From Phaeosaccion multiseriatum (lineage: Eukaryota > Protista > Ochrophyta, other classes): a stretch of 64,000 bases of DNA. Location of the stretch: NCBI GenBank assembly GCA_965112735.1, contig OZ218953.1, positions 4,712,001 through 4,776,000 on the forward strand. Direction: 5' to 3'. Shown in pieces: positions 1-17,200 of the stretch (position 1 is its first letter; the number at the start of each line of letters is the position of its first letter). Position numbers and translations under genes: made by a program. The notes under the pieces were generated by a model. That model had not been told where the DNA came from. It did no database searches and was given only the letters and a program-made list of their open reading frames with translations.

Positions 1-372
1 CCTACCTGTGTGGCAAGTGCGGGGCGGACTTCCCCCTGGCCACGGTGCTGAGCGAGCACCTGCTGGAGGCACATGATGTGAGGAAGCATCCCAGCCTCAT
101 ATCAGCGTCGAGCTCCTCCGCCCCGCTCGAAGATTGAATGAAAAGACTGACTGGCTGAGTTTCTGGCTGACTGTGGTGTGTGTGTACGTGTGTGTATATG
201 TATACCCAGTATGGCGTACGTACGAAGACTGAATGAAAAGATCCACTCACTACCTAAAAGACTTAGGGGAAAGCACAGCAATTGTAAAGACATGTACGTT
301 TATTAACAGAGAGAAAGCTTCCCTCCCTACTGTGGCGTCCTCTTAGCTCCATACAAAGTACCTCATCACACC

Positions 373-3300
373 TCAAATGCTATCTACACTGTCCTTCTGC
401 AAACCCTCGTAACACGTGAGACCCTCCGCATTGAGCAGAGAGTCGTCCGCGCCTTTGCCCAGAAGATACTCTCCCAGTCCCTTGTGGCCCAGCGAGAAGC
501 AAAAGTGCAGCGGTGAGTTGCCTTGGTGGTTCTGCACCACGAGAGACGCCCCCTTTCGCAGCAGAAACTTGATCATTCGCTTGTTGCCCTGCTGCGCTGC
601 GAGGATGAGCAGCGTGTTGCCCATTACGTCGGCCGTGTCCACCCCCACCCCGTCCTCCAGCAATGGCTCCAGGGTCTCGAGGTTGCCGGCCTGTGTGGGA
701 GCGAGGGGGAGGGAGGGGGAGGGGGGGACGGGGGGAGCGACGACGGGATGGGGTGGGGGGGGTTGGGGGGTGAGGCAGATTCGCAGTGGATGGGGGGGTG
801 GGGGAGTGCCCGAGAGTAACAATGGTACGCCCTCACCCCACAAGACCACACGCAAAGAGGAACACAGACACAGCCGCACCCCAGGGAGCGAGCGCTCTAC
901 CTCTAGCGCTCTACCTTTAACGCTCTACCTCTACTCTTAACGAGGTTCTACTTCTACTCTCAACGTCTTAACGAGCGTTAACGAGGCACTACCTTTAGCG
1001 GTCTACCTCCACTCTTACCTTGGTGGCGATGAGGGCCTTCTGCTCCTTTTCATCCATCTTCACGTCCTTGCCCTTGCGATTGTCCACCTCCGCCATGGCC
1101 ATCAGCTGACGCTCGATGGACGTGAACTCCTGTGGGCCTGCCGCCGCCATGGCAGGCACGTTGAGAGGGGTGCCGTCATCGTCCAATGCCTCCTCTTGCT
1201 TGGCTCGTCTCTCGGCCTCTCCCAGCAGCTTGGCATGCTCATCCACCACGTCACTGATGAACATCGTCTCGTGCAAAGGGCGGGTGTCGTGGTCGCTCTT
1301 GGTGGCCTTGGACGGGTCAGTCATGCCTACCATTCGCGGGGCAGGCGCGCTATTGGTAATGCTATGTTCCCCCTCCTCTGTGGGTAAAGAGGGCCCAAGT
1401 GTGTGAGGCCGCGTGCACTTCTCGAGAAAGTTCTTTGCGAGCTTCTCCCCCGCCACACGCCGCCATCCTTTGCCCTTGAGGTGATGTACCAGAGCGCGGC
1501 TGTCTTCTTTCCCCCCCGTGCCATCCCCCTCCTCCGTTTCATTGTCAGTATCAGTGCCAGTGCCGTTGTCACTCCCGTGGTTTCTTTTGCGCCTCTTCCT
1601 CCTACCCGCTCCTCCTCCTCCTCCTCCTCCTCCTCCTCCTCCAAGGTCGAGCGGGGGCACCATGGAAACAGGCGGCTTTGTCTGCTTGTGCAGTCCGTGC
1701 ATCTCCTCCTCCTCCTTCCTCTTTCTGCGCGCCATCCGCTGCACCCTCGCCTCGGTGTGATCCTGCACAAGCTCCCCGGGCGGCTCAATGAGGTCGCCCG
1801 CCTCGTCCTCACTGTCCGAAAACACATCGTCGTCGCTCTCGAGCATGACCTTGTTTCTATTCTCTTCCGTCTCTGAATCGTCATCGTCGTCGCCCTCCCC
1901 AGCCCCAGTTCCGCGGTGTAACGGCGGCTCTCGGCCGTCCCTTCGAATGTCCTGAATGGGTATGCCCAGTCTCCACGCCAGCTGCTCCAAGAGCTGACCG
2001 TTGGAAGCAAGCTGCTCCACCGTCGCAGCCATCACCTCCTCGTCCGTCATCCCCCGCCCTTCTCCTCCTTCTCCTCCTCCCTCCTGCGCTTCCTCTACTA
2101 GTGAACTGTCGACGACTGCCCCACCCCCAGCGTATGTCGAACTATACTCCTCCCCCCCTGCCTCTCCCGTCTCGGTGGTCGACGCAACCCACCCATCTCC
2201 ACCGTACTCCGCCCCCGCCACCCCCTCTATGTGGCTGCCGACCGCACCGCTACCATACGCACTCGTCGCTACCGCCGAGGGCTCGTAGCCGGACTCTCCT
2301 CCCTCCCCATACGGCACACCCGCAACCCAGGAAGCAGGAGGGTCCCAGCTGAAGGGACTAGGGACGAATACATCGCTGCAGTGGTAGAAGACACTCCCGG
2401 CTGAGTCCTGCATCATACTCCACTCCCCCTGTACCTGCAGCACCACCGCGTTCTCCAAGCGGCGCTGCCACTTATCTCTCTTTTTCTCCACAGGCACGGT
2501 GGCCTCCTCCGCCCTTCGCCTCTCCTTGATGGCCATCGCTCTCGCCTGCTCCTCCTCCATCCGCCGTCTCTCGAGTAAGATGGCCATACCTGCCTCAATC
2601 TTCTTCTGCAGAGCCTCTGCCTTTGCCTTCTTCTCCTTCTCCTCACTCAGCCGAGCGTTCTCTTTGAGGAACGCCTCCAGCCCCGTTGTGCAGAGGACTC
2701 GGAGCTTCTCGTGATGGCAGTACACGGAGTAGCTCTGAGGGTCGTTGAATCCTTTGTGTCGGCCCGAGTGCGTCACATAGGCATAGTCCTTGGCAGTTCT
2801 CTGTCGGCAGAGCTGCTCCACGCAGCGCTGATCGCTGTGGAAAGTGGAGCGGCCGTTGACGGCAGTTCCATTGAGGAGCGCCGCTCGCTTCGACACGCCA
2901 AAGGCAAGCGTAGCCAGGCTGCTCCGATAGGAACAAGGCGGCACAGCAGCAGTGAAAGCGGGGCACGGTGAGAGAGGATACATCAGGCCAGACACTCACT
3001 TCACCACACCTCACACAAGCAGGCGGCCTCCGTGCTCTCCCGTGTCACCCTTTCGTCGCCCTCTTCTGTCTCTCTCCCCCTCTCTCGCACCCTCCCACCC
3101 TCTCTCTCACTCGCCATCTCTCACTCGCCCTCTCTCTATCTCTCTCTCCCTCCCCCCCCCCATATCTCCTCTGCCTCCCCCCTGTCCTCTCCCCCTCTCT
3201 CTCACCTTCCATCTGGCCGCTGCAGCTCCTCCACAACGTGCCTTCGAAAGAAGAGCTCATCCATCTCGCTTCGGTCCCTCCTATGGCGAACGCCACTCTT

Positions 3301-6067
3301 GAGAGCATCCCGCTCTTTATCGGGGTCTCCATTCTCCTCCCCCCACCCACCATACCGCCAATCCTCCCTCTCCTCCGCCGCCGTTAGAGCTACGCAGGTG
3401 GGCGCCATGCGTGTGTCTAACACCGAATCCAACTTATGCTCCGCCCCACCCTCCTCCCCCCCTCCCTCCATGCCCTCCTCGCCACAACTCCGAGGGGGTG
3501 CGAGGGCTCTTGCCGACGCCATGCCCAGCGGCACCGCCCGAAGGATGCACTCGTGCGGCGCAGGAGGAGGGTGCATGTTGCCAGGCTCCCAGGCCGTGAG
3601 CAGAGGCCCGAGGAGCGGTGTCTCCAACGCGAGGACCGTGTGCACTAGCACCGTCTCGGTGGAGCTGTAACGGATGTCGCGGTACATGTTGATCACTACT
3701 TGGGTCCGCTCGGGACCCATTCCGGCAGGGGTCTTGAAGCTGGGTCCACAGCCGTACCGTCCAAAGCTCACACAGCCAGGCACTTGCTGTTGCCGGTGAC
3801 TGGCCCCGCACACACGCATGGACAGCGACTGCAGCTTCTCGTCACTCTGCTGGAACCACAGTGCGAGGGCTTTTCCGTCGGGGTCGGGCGTCACCTGGCC
3901 GTTGCTGCCGCCTCCACCACCACTGGCAGCAGCGCTTCTCACCAAGACAGAGCTACCTGCCTCGCCGCCACTACCTCCACCTCTGCTCCGCACTACACTT
4001 CGCAGAGCCAAGAGAGACGCTGCTCGACTCTCTCGTGCCAGCTTGCTCCTGCGCGTCTTGTCCCCTGTCGGCATGACGGCGTACACGTCCTGCGGCGGGC
4101 GAAGGAGGAGAGGGGACACCTCGCACTGGATGTTTCCTCCACCTCCTCTTCCTCCTCTCAGGCCTCTTCCTGGCCTGTCTCCAGCTGCTGCTGCAGCCTG
4201 TGGAGGAGGAGGAGGAGCCCCCAATGACATCAGCGCCAGCAGCGCTTCCCATACGTCACTCACGTGCGGCTGTTGCGCGCCTCCACTTTCCCCATCTGCC
4301 TGCTGTATGATCAACGGCTGCTGCTGCTGCTGCTGCTCTTTCTTCTCCTCCCGATCCCGCTGGTCAATGGCCCCACTTGGCTCCCCGTCCTCGCCGCCCC
4401 CCTCCTGCTGCTCTTCTCCGACGAGTCCCAGCCACCAAGCCGCGTCGCACGGGGCCTTCCCAGGCAGAAGCAGCCTGTTCCACACGTTCCCCGCGTGCAG
4501 TACGACTCGACTCCTGCCCCCTGCTTTCCTCGCCCCTTTGACAGGGTAGGCGCTCACATCAATCAAGACACTACTGCTTCCTTCTGTCGCCGCCGCCCCC
4601 TTCATTGTGCAAGAGACAAAGACCTCAACCACGCACAGCACCGGCCTCGTCGCGCTGACAGTCCCCTCCTTGGTCAGTGTGGGAAGGCGACACACCCTAC
4701 GGAAGGCCAAGCGACAACCCCCCCCGAAGTGAGAGCACGGTGGTCTCAGCGCATCGTCTACTTCCTGCTCCGCTGCGCTCTCCTCTATGCTGCTCCACGC
4801 CTCCTCTCCGTTGCTGGGATTGTACGTCATCACCTTCCACAAAGCACCGGCGCTACTTTCCTCGCCCCCTCCTCCCCCTCCTCCCCCCCCTCCTCCTCCT
4901 CCTCCTCCTCCTCCTCCTCCTCCTCCTCCTCCTCCTCCTCCTCCTCCACCACCACCTCCTCCTCCCTCACCCCCTTTCTCCCTCTCCTGGTCCTGCTTCT
5001 CCTCTCCTCTACGTCGCTGCGGCGGCACCAACCGCATGATCCTCATCCATTGCACAGCATCATCCCCTCTTCTCCCCCCCCTCTCCTCTCCTTCCCCGGT
5101 AGAGGTGGTCTGTGGGAGGAGCTGTGGAGTATCCGGTGAGATTAGCGTCAGCGAAGGCACCACCGGTGGAGGAGGAGGTAAGACGGGCGAAGGATTGAGT
5201 AGGAAGCGCGCGTCATCCATAGCGTCGGCCTCTGAGTCCATTGCGCTCGGCTCAGGCTCAGACGCGAACCTTTCTGTGTGGAAAGTGGCTTGTCGGAAGG
5301 CCAGGTCAGGCCGCACGGATTGGATCTGACTGTGCACCGCCGCAATCGCCTGCACGTCTCTCCCTCCTGACAGGCCCCTCACTTGTCTTTCCAGCACCCC
5401 CTCCTGACTAGCCGTGTGTCCTGCTGCTACTCTACTGTCAACATCATCTGCCCCTCCTCCCTGACCGCCCTGTAGCCCCTGCTGCTGCTGTCTCTTGGAT
5501 CTGTCAGCATCATTACCATAGAGCAGCATGCTCCCCTGCACGAGCCTGTGCTCCTTCAAATGCGACAGATTGGTCAACCAAACGGTATGCACGTCCAGCA
5601 CAAATCGTTTCAGTTTGTTCCTCGCCGCGGCCCGAAGCAGACAACGATTGTTCTCCAGCTCAAGCTGGTCCTCAATGTCCGTGTACATTGGGTGTCTGTC
5701 CACTGCCGTCACCGCAACCACGACATGATGCTCCTTCTCTAGCACTTCCGCTCCTTCCTTAGCCATGAGATATGCCTGATACGTCTCCTCGCGCACCTCC
5801 TCGTCTCGGTACTTTGTGCGAAGGTCGTCTAAGGACCAGCTCACAGCTCCCTGCCGAGGTGGGAGGAGGGGGGAGTGGAGAGAGGGGCGCAGAGCATTGA
5901 GGGGGCAAGCCAGAGCACTCAGTAATTATGTGCAGGAGATGGTTGTGCATTCATCAAAAGCGGAAAACAGGAGGACTTGTGTGGGGGGCCGCCGCTGTAC
6001 ACATGTCATGCTCTCCCCTTTTCTCTGCTCGGCCACACAGATCCTCAAAGACAAACGAAAACCTCCA

Positions 6068-6146
<79 letters not shown>

Positions 6147-7230
6147 AGGACCAACTCACTTGCTCCTCAACTCCCTCCAAGTTGAGTTTCCGTCGTGGCT
6201 GTTGCAATGGCCGTCCGGATTTGGACGAGACACCTCCCGCGGAGCTCCCCAACACCTTTGCTGCCGTGATGGTTCGTGTGAGCGCCAATCCGGTCCCATC
6301 GGCATCACCATCTTCATCGTCTCCACCACCGCCCTTGTCCCCACCATCTCTCCTGCCCCCCGCTGCCCCTCCCATCATCCCTCTCGTGGTTGATGACAGT
6401 TTTGTGAAGATGGCCATGTTGGAAGAGTACAGCGGGTTGTGCGTAAGGACCTGAGATATACGCGCAGGGGAAAGAGGGGCCGCCTTTCGACTACCAGAAA
6501 CCTTTTTTCGAGCACCACCACCACCACCACCTTGCACATCCACGCCACTGGATAGACCAGCGACGCTATTGCCGTGGCGAACAGTGGGCAGCAAGCTGCC
6601 ACCCTTTCCACTCCCGCCCTTCACCCCCCCGTGGCCTCGTGCCCCCGCCTCCGAAGAGAATGATCCCCCACCCCGAAGAGCAGGTAGAGCTGAGGTGGAG
6701 GTGACAATCTTGTGGGTGGAGTGTACATCCAGGTCCAGATCCAGCCCACGGAAGGCGTCGACCACAGTCACCGTCATGCCCGCTGCTGCCACCCCCGTTC
6801 CCCGCCTATCACCGCCCTTCTCCTCGTCGGCACACTTGGCGCTATGGGTATCCGAGTTAGGGAGGTTGTGGGCCCGGAGAGACCCTCCCAAGGGATCAGA
6901 GGACACCTTCCGGATGGTGCTGGTCATCGCCGCCCCACCCTCCAGCTCCATCACTCTTCCCCCATATTCCGGCGCCGCATTGCCTTCCAGCCTATACTTC
7001 TGCTTGACCCCCCCTCCTGCGCTACCACTGATGACTTCATCTGCATCGCGGCTCGAGGTTCCCGGCAGAGGTCGCTTCTTCCCCTTTGTAGTCCCGCCCC
7101 CCCCTCTCCTGACTTCTTCTAACCGCCTGGCGTGGCTCTTGCTAATGACCTTCCTAGCCGAGATCTCCAGCGAGCGTATAAAGTGAGCAGTATCTGTGTC
7201 CGCCGTCTGCTGTCCTCCTGCGGGGGCCAT
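373..7230 (-). CDS. Large (~1977 aa) low-complexity protein with a WW-like motif and C-terminal ankyrin repeats; 4-exon model 7230-6160, 5850-3206, 2918-1019, 690-373
   Basis: Four long minus-strand ORFs join in phase at GT-AG sites (sum 5934 nt). Ankyrin motifs GNTLLILAAQQGNKRMIKFLL and GNSPLHFC; WW-like WSMMQDSAGSVFYH...WDPP. Start codon uncertain. Confidence 0.75.
6070..6144. repeat. Compound (CT)n(CA)n microsatellite in intron
   Basis: Direct reading. Confidence 0.9.
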
Positions 7231-7432
7231 GGTTAGGCCTTTGTGCTTTATCCTCCCCTCGAGGCTCGAGGCAAGAGGAGGAGGGGCGGACAACCCTAAA
7301 TTTCTGAAACTGCCATCCTCGCTCGGCTCATAGATATTGCTAAATTAGCCCCCATCCTCCCACGTCTCTCTCTCTTCCCCCCTACCTATCCTCTCTCTTC
7401 CCCCTCCCCCCCTTGACAAACAACTCTACAAG

Positions 7433-8218
7433 ATGGGGGAGCAGTGGGAGGAGGAAGCAGCGGACTCTCGGCGAACCCCAGAGTCGAAGGGGAGGAGGCG
7501 GAGCATAGACAGGGGGGGAGGGAGCAAGCAAAGAGGAGAAGAGGGACCAGGTGGTGGGGTAGCTTTTCCGGTGCATCCACGCTTTCTCACGCGGAATCCC
7601 TACCTTGATGTGATGACGGCAAAATCGCTGGTTAGTGGTGCGGAGAGCGTGTCTTACGGAGATTCGTTGCAAGGGCAGAGTCACACCATGCTCCTTGTGG
7701 AGCCGGTTATGCTTCCAGACCTCGCACATACCGGAGTGAGGCGGAGTGTGAAGGCAAATGACACCCCACTCTTCTATCCGAACGGCACCAAGAAGTACAA
7801 TTTGCATGACACCATTGAGCAGACTTTAGAGGTGGTGCAAGCGCTGGAGGAGGACCGGAGGAAGGCCAAGAGGCAGGAGGAGGACGCCAACAAGCTACGT
7901 GACACAAGATATCGGGACCATTCATACTCTAGACATGAAGTAGGCGTAGATTCCTGTGCTCATTGGGAGAACAAAGTAGCGAGGGGGGGAGAGAGAGCAG
8001 GGAGGGGCCGCGGGCCAAAGAAGATTGCGGGGGGAATTGGGAACTCCGCCAAGGCGTGGAAAGGTATCGACGTGGGCTCGAGATGGTGGCTGACGGGGTC
8101 CGAGGCAGAGGCGGCGCGACGGCGGAGAGCAGCAAAGGCGGAAACCAAGGCCCTCATCGTCAGCCTCAAGCAGACCAGCTTCAGAATGGGTATGCTGGTA
8201 GGAGACCCAACCACATGA
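7433..8218 (+). CDS. Hypothetical protein, 261 aa, apparently single exon
   Basis: ATG-initiated ORF with protein-like composition filling the gap between two minus-strand genes; no family recognised. Confidence 0.6.
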   Translation: MGEQWEEEAADSRRTPESKGRRRSIDRGGGSKQRGEEGPGGGVAFPVHPRFLTRNPYLDVMTAKSLVSGAESVSYGDSLQGQSHTMLLVEPVMLPDLAHTGVRRSVKANDTPLFYPNGTKKYNLHDTIEQTLEVVQALEEDRRKAKRQEEDANKLRDTRYRDHSYSRHEVGVDSCAHWENKVARGGERAGRGRGPKKIAGGIGNSAKAWKGIDVGSRWWLTGSEAEAARRRRAAKAETKALIVSLKQTSFRMGMLVGDPTT

Positions 8219-8264
8219 GCCTTCAATACTGTCCCTCGTTATCTACAGCTTGTATATACAACAA

Positions 8265-12245
<3,981 letters not shown>

Positions 12246-12462
12246 CTGCGCCCAGGAGGGGGCCAAGGTAGGTGTTTGCTAGCCTTAATTTAAAGCTCTG
12301 GCCGGCCGCCCGGCCAGCCCGCGCGCCTCGTCACCCCCAACTGGCGATCCCGTCTCACCAACAGGATCGGATGGATCAGAAAAGGGGCGGTGAGTCATTA
12401 CTTTTAGACAACCATAGATGGCACTTAAGGGTGTAATCAAACCCTCTTTTCCTTCCCCGATC

Positions 12463-13884
12463 ATGGTGATTGCTGCCCGTCTCATACAGCATGCGATTTT
12501 AAAAACGGCGTCTTCCGTGCGAAAAAGGCCGTCGCCTTCCCTCTTCACCTACCCAGGACTCACTGCCAAGCCTTGGTAAGCAAAGGGAGGAAAGAGGAGA
12601 GAGCATCCTCCTGCTTATTGCTGTATCCTCTGACGGCTTTGGCCGCGGCTCCTCCTGGCGTTACGGCATTGACACCTTCATGTGCAGGCACGACAGAAAT
12701 TCTTTCGACTGGATTCCCTCGCTCGAGAGCAACTTTGAGGTCATTAGAAAGGAGTATCTGGAGCTTACCGCCCTGCCTTCCGACTATGAGCTGGGCGAGA
12801 GCGAACACAAGTAAGTACATCATCCTGGCTGTAAGCTGCTGCAAGCTGAGAACATTCTCTCTCCTTTGCAACTGTACCGCATCGACCCCTCGATCGCTCA
12901 GGAGTGTCTTCAGCCAGCAGTGCGCCATTGCACGTCCCCTCAGTCCACGGGGCATACCCAAGCCTTATGGGGTCACATGGCACCGTTCGGTGATGTGCTG
13001 ATGTGCTTCCTCACCTCCGCCCAACCTTACGTGGTGCTCAGATTACACTCAGGAGACTGGCGTTGGCACTCTCACCTACTCAAGGGTAAGCGCCAGAAAT
13101 CCTTCGCAGAGTACGCGCCAAGAACGGCGGAGGTGCTGAACGGCATGGACCTCTGCGAGGATCTGCCCTTCTCGTACGCCTTTTTCTCGACACTTGGGCC
13201 AAAGAGCTCCATTAGCGATGTGAGTGCAAAAGAGAATCGAATCCGAGAGGCCAAAAGCACAGAAAAAGAGAGGAAGGCTGTTACTTGCCAACTCAACCCT
13301 TACTCCTCCTCTTCACCCACCCCCTCGCCTCTCGCTTCACAGCACTACGGTCCATGCAACCTTCGCGTTCGGTGCCACCTTCCTTTGGTGGTACCCCGCA
13401 ATGGAGACGCTGCGGTATGCGGGCTGAGAGTGGGTGAGACCACGCGCGCGTGGGAAGAAGGCACTGCCCTGGTACGATAATAAGAGAGTATGTACGAACG
13501 GAAGGGGGAGTGGGCAAGATGTGTCCCATTGCTGTCGAGCTTGCACCCTACACCTCTATCTCTGGACTAGACTCTCATCCCTGTTTTTTTCTCTCTCCAC
13601 TTCCAAGATTTTTGATGACTCCTATTCGCATGAAGCATTCAACAACTCTGAGACGGAGAGCCGTGTGGTGCTCCTCTTCGACGTTTGGTGAGTGGTTATC
13701 ATAGTCGAGGTAAACAAGTGTCGCTTCATGCTCGAGAGTAATGGAATGAACACACGTTGCTTTGCTTCCGTCCGTTTAAACTCTTCTGATCCTTCCTAGG
13801 CACCCGGATCTAAGCCTAGAGGAGAGGCGTGAGGTAGTGGAAATGTTTCAGGAGGCCCGGCAAAAGGGATGGTTAAAGAGCTGA
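12463..13884 (+). CDS. Aspartyl/asparaginyl beta-hydroxylase domain protein (2OG/Fe dioxygenase), 6 exons
   Basis: Spliced reading FTYPGLTAKPW|HDRNSFDWIPSLESNFEVIRKEY...YAFFSTLGP...HYGPCNLRVRCHLPL...FDDSYSHEAFN...LLFDVW|HPDL matches the AspH catalytic domain pattern. Confidence 0.88.
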
Positions 13885-14234
13885 GAGGTAGGGGTTAGTT
13901 CGAGACTCTTGAGAGCTGCTGCAAACCTCACCATACAAAGGCTTGCGGCTCTGGCGAGGAGTCAGGGAGGCTCCACTGCTATATCTTCATTTCTTTATGG
14001 ATGCCTTGTAAATATATCATATGACATGTGAGCGAGACCCCTCAACCCATGAGCATCTAGCACGACATGTAAGTTGGACCAGACCCAGAAGAAAAAATGG
14101 GAGCCTCGATACTTCTGAAGTCAAGGAAAGTCGTGATCGCCGCCTTATCCGTCCGCCCGTCCCCCCCACTTTGGTCTTCCTCTCTATATCCTCCTCTCCC
14201 ACTCTTCTGGTGAGGAGTGAGGCCTCAGTAGCAT

Positions 14235-17200
14235 ATGACGAATGTGGTGGCAGAGCCGGACTGGCTTCCCCATGGTCCTTGGGAAGAGGAGAGAGGTGAA
14301 AATTGGGGGCAGCACGAGGAGGAGGCGGGCAAGGAGGAAATGCCGGGAGACGACGAAGAGGAGCAAACGAAGGGTGCTCAGGGAGACAACGACGAGGAGG
14401 GGGAGGGCATAGTATTTGGTGGAGAGAGGCGAAAGGAGGCTGTCCCAAATGGTGAGAGGGTCGGTGGGGAGAGGTTCCCTCCAGCGCGATCTGTTCACTG
14501 TACGGACAGGACAGGCGCAGAGAGTAGTGTCGATGAGAGAGAGAAACTGCTGAACTTGGTCAGACAACTCACTTCTGTCGTGGTGGCGTCGGAGGTCCCG
14601 CTGGACGAGACCCTCGCCGCAGAGGTACACGGGGTGCTGTGGGGAGGGCAGGGGCAGGGTCAGGGGCAGGATCAAGGCGGTGAGAGGCCTTCTGGCGAGT
14701 CTTGTGAGAGCGGGGTGGAGACATATGCCGAGGACGAAGCGCCTCAGCCTCTGCTTCTCCGGGGCGAAGATGTACGTGAGGGGGGGGAGGCTTGGGAAAC
14801 AAGTAGAGCAGGCGAAGATGGGAGCCTGCGACAGGACGGGCGAGAGCAGGAGGAAGTGGAGCAGGAAGGTGGGGTGCAATGCTTCACTGCTGCGTATTCG
14901 GACGACGGTGTGGACGAGTGGGAGGACGACGAAGACGCGGGGTTCTCATTCGCCTTCCTTACGCAGGAGCAGTTCTACGCCTGGGAGGATGCGGCTGCGG
15001 CTGCTGCTTTCCCGGAGAGTGACGATAACAATGATGACGACGACGATGATGGAGATGATACTAATGGGGAGGGAGAGAGTAGAGAGAAGTTCAATGTGGA
15101 GGAGGACGGCGGCGAGGGGGAGGAAGAAGAAGGGGGGAAGGAAGATGAAGTCATAGGGGAGGAGGAGGAAAAGGAAGTAGTAGTGGAGCAGGGAGGGACA
15201 GAGCTTGTATACACCGTAGAAGGAGGCGATGCAGAGGGTGATATGGAGGCGGAGGGAAGAGGGAAGCAAGCAGAGCTCGCGGCGGCTGCGGCTGCGGCGG
15301 CGGCTGCCGTTGCTGCTGTACTGAGGGATGACGTTCGCCCCGGTGCTCTTGGGGTGGGGGGAGAGGAGGAGGAGGACAAGGAGGAGGAGGAGGAGGAGGA
15401 GGAGGAGGAGGAGGAGGAGGAGGAAGAGGAGGAGGAGGCGGCGGCGCTTGAGGTGGGGCTAGACAGCGTGCAAATCAGTCTGCTCACCAGGGTACCAAGC
15501 GGTGCAGGCAGTAGTACACGTGTCGGCGCGCTGGACCAGCCGAGGAGGAGAACGGAGGCGGAAGGAGGGGAAGGAGCGGAGGCTCTGACCTCGCCAGAAA
15601 GCCTGTTAATTTGGCCGAAGGATGCAGATGACTTTGCTTTCAGTCAGGATGGGGATGGCGAGGGAGAGCGGGGGCTTGAAGAAGAGAAAGAGGAGCTAGA
15701 CGAAGCCTACACTGAGAGGGAATCCACCGCCGCTGACGTCATTCGAGACCAAACCACGTTTGGAGAAGAAGCCGTGCACGGTGCGGGTTTTGGGGGAATC
15801 GGAGGAGCAGCCATCATCGTGCCGGCAAGAGAGGAGGAGGTCGGGATTGGGGAGGGAGTAGGAGGGACAGGAGTAGGAGGCGATTCACGGTCATTTTATT
15901 CATCCGAGTCCTCTCCGTCATCCCAGCGACGCCGGCAGCACCCACAGGAAGCGTTCGGTGGACAAGTAAGGTCGAGGTCAGGGTCGGAAAGGATTTCTTG
16001 TGGGGAAAGGGAGAGAGCTGAACAGAGGAGTAGTGGGAGACTCTACACCGGGGAAGAGCAAGAGGAGGACAGCGATGGCGATCATCATGATGATGATGGG
16101 AATGATGGCAACGACTGGGGCGCCAAGGCGGAGGCAGTGAGGCCATGGAGGAGGGGGCACAGAGCGCGGGGGGAAGAGGAGTCCGAAGACGGTGGAGAGG
16201 TGGAGGAGGAGGGGGAGGAGGAGGAGGAGGACGAGGAGGAGGAGGTGTATGGGGCAGAACAAGGCAGGGAATGGGACAGTGTAGATTCGCCGATAATGTC
16301 AGCAGCAGAGTTTGAAAAGGCCATGGGGCCCCAGCTGGATTCCTTCACAATCAAGGTAAAGCCCCCTAGTCGGTCGGTCGGTTGATCGGTCGTATTTGGC
16401 TGTGCTCTGGCCCTCCTCTTACCGCCCCCACTTGCTTCCCCTGTGCGCGTTGCGTGAGTGCGAATGCACATGGTGATTTGCCGCTTGCTTCTTCTTGCTT
16501 GCTTGCTCTCCCAAGCCGTACGCACTCCCCACTGGGGTCTGTCTGGCATGATCCCGTCCTCACAACATACCATCTTGCCTTGCCACCAAGGAGCGAGCAA
16601 TCCCCCATCTTTTGTGCCTCACTAAAAGACTAAGGACCTCCCCCCCCCCCCTTCTCCTCCTCCTCCTCCTCCTCCTCCTCCTCCTCCTCCTCCTCCTCCT
16701 CCTCCTCCTCCTCCTCCCTTGCCTCTTGCGCCTCCCTCACGCTGCTTCGACTCCCGACCCCCCCCCCCCGGTCTCTCGCCCCCCCCAAGGTGCTGGGCGC
16801 TCGTGGCCGTACGGGTTTCGAGCACACAAAGCACTTGCGGGCGCCTCGAAACAGCATCATAGCCCGGAGGTATCGAGTAGAAGCGCTGGTTGGTGAGGCA
16901 GCCTTCAGCTCGGCACTCAAGTGCAGCGATCTCGAGAAGGGGGGACAGCATGTCTGTCTCAAGGTGCGTGACTCAGACACACAGACGGACGGACACTTAC
17001 ACTTACACGTGCACTTGAACTTGAACTTCCGGACTTCCAGATTTCACTTCCTTTCTTTTCTATCGTTACTCCACTCTTTTGCTCCTTTTTGTGTCTGGTC
17101 ATGGTGATGATGTTCTATCATATACATCGGATTCGAATAGCGGGGTGCGTTTGGTAGGACCCTGCTTTCATCGCTCTCTGCCCAACCACATGCTCGCATG

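Noticed and set aside
1-130. First exon of a minus-strand gene leaving the window
   Set aside because: A possible GT donor lies near base 5, but the frame and product cannot be determined.
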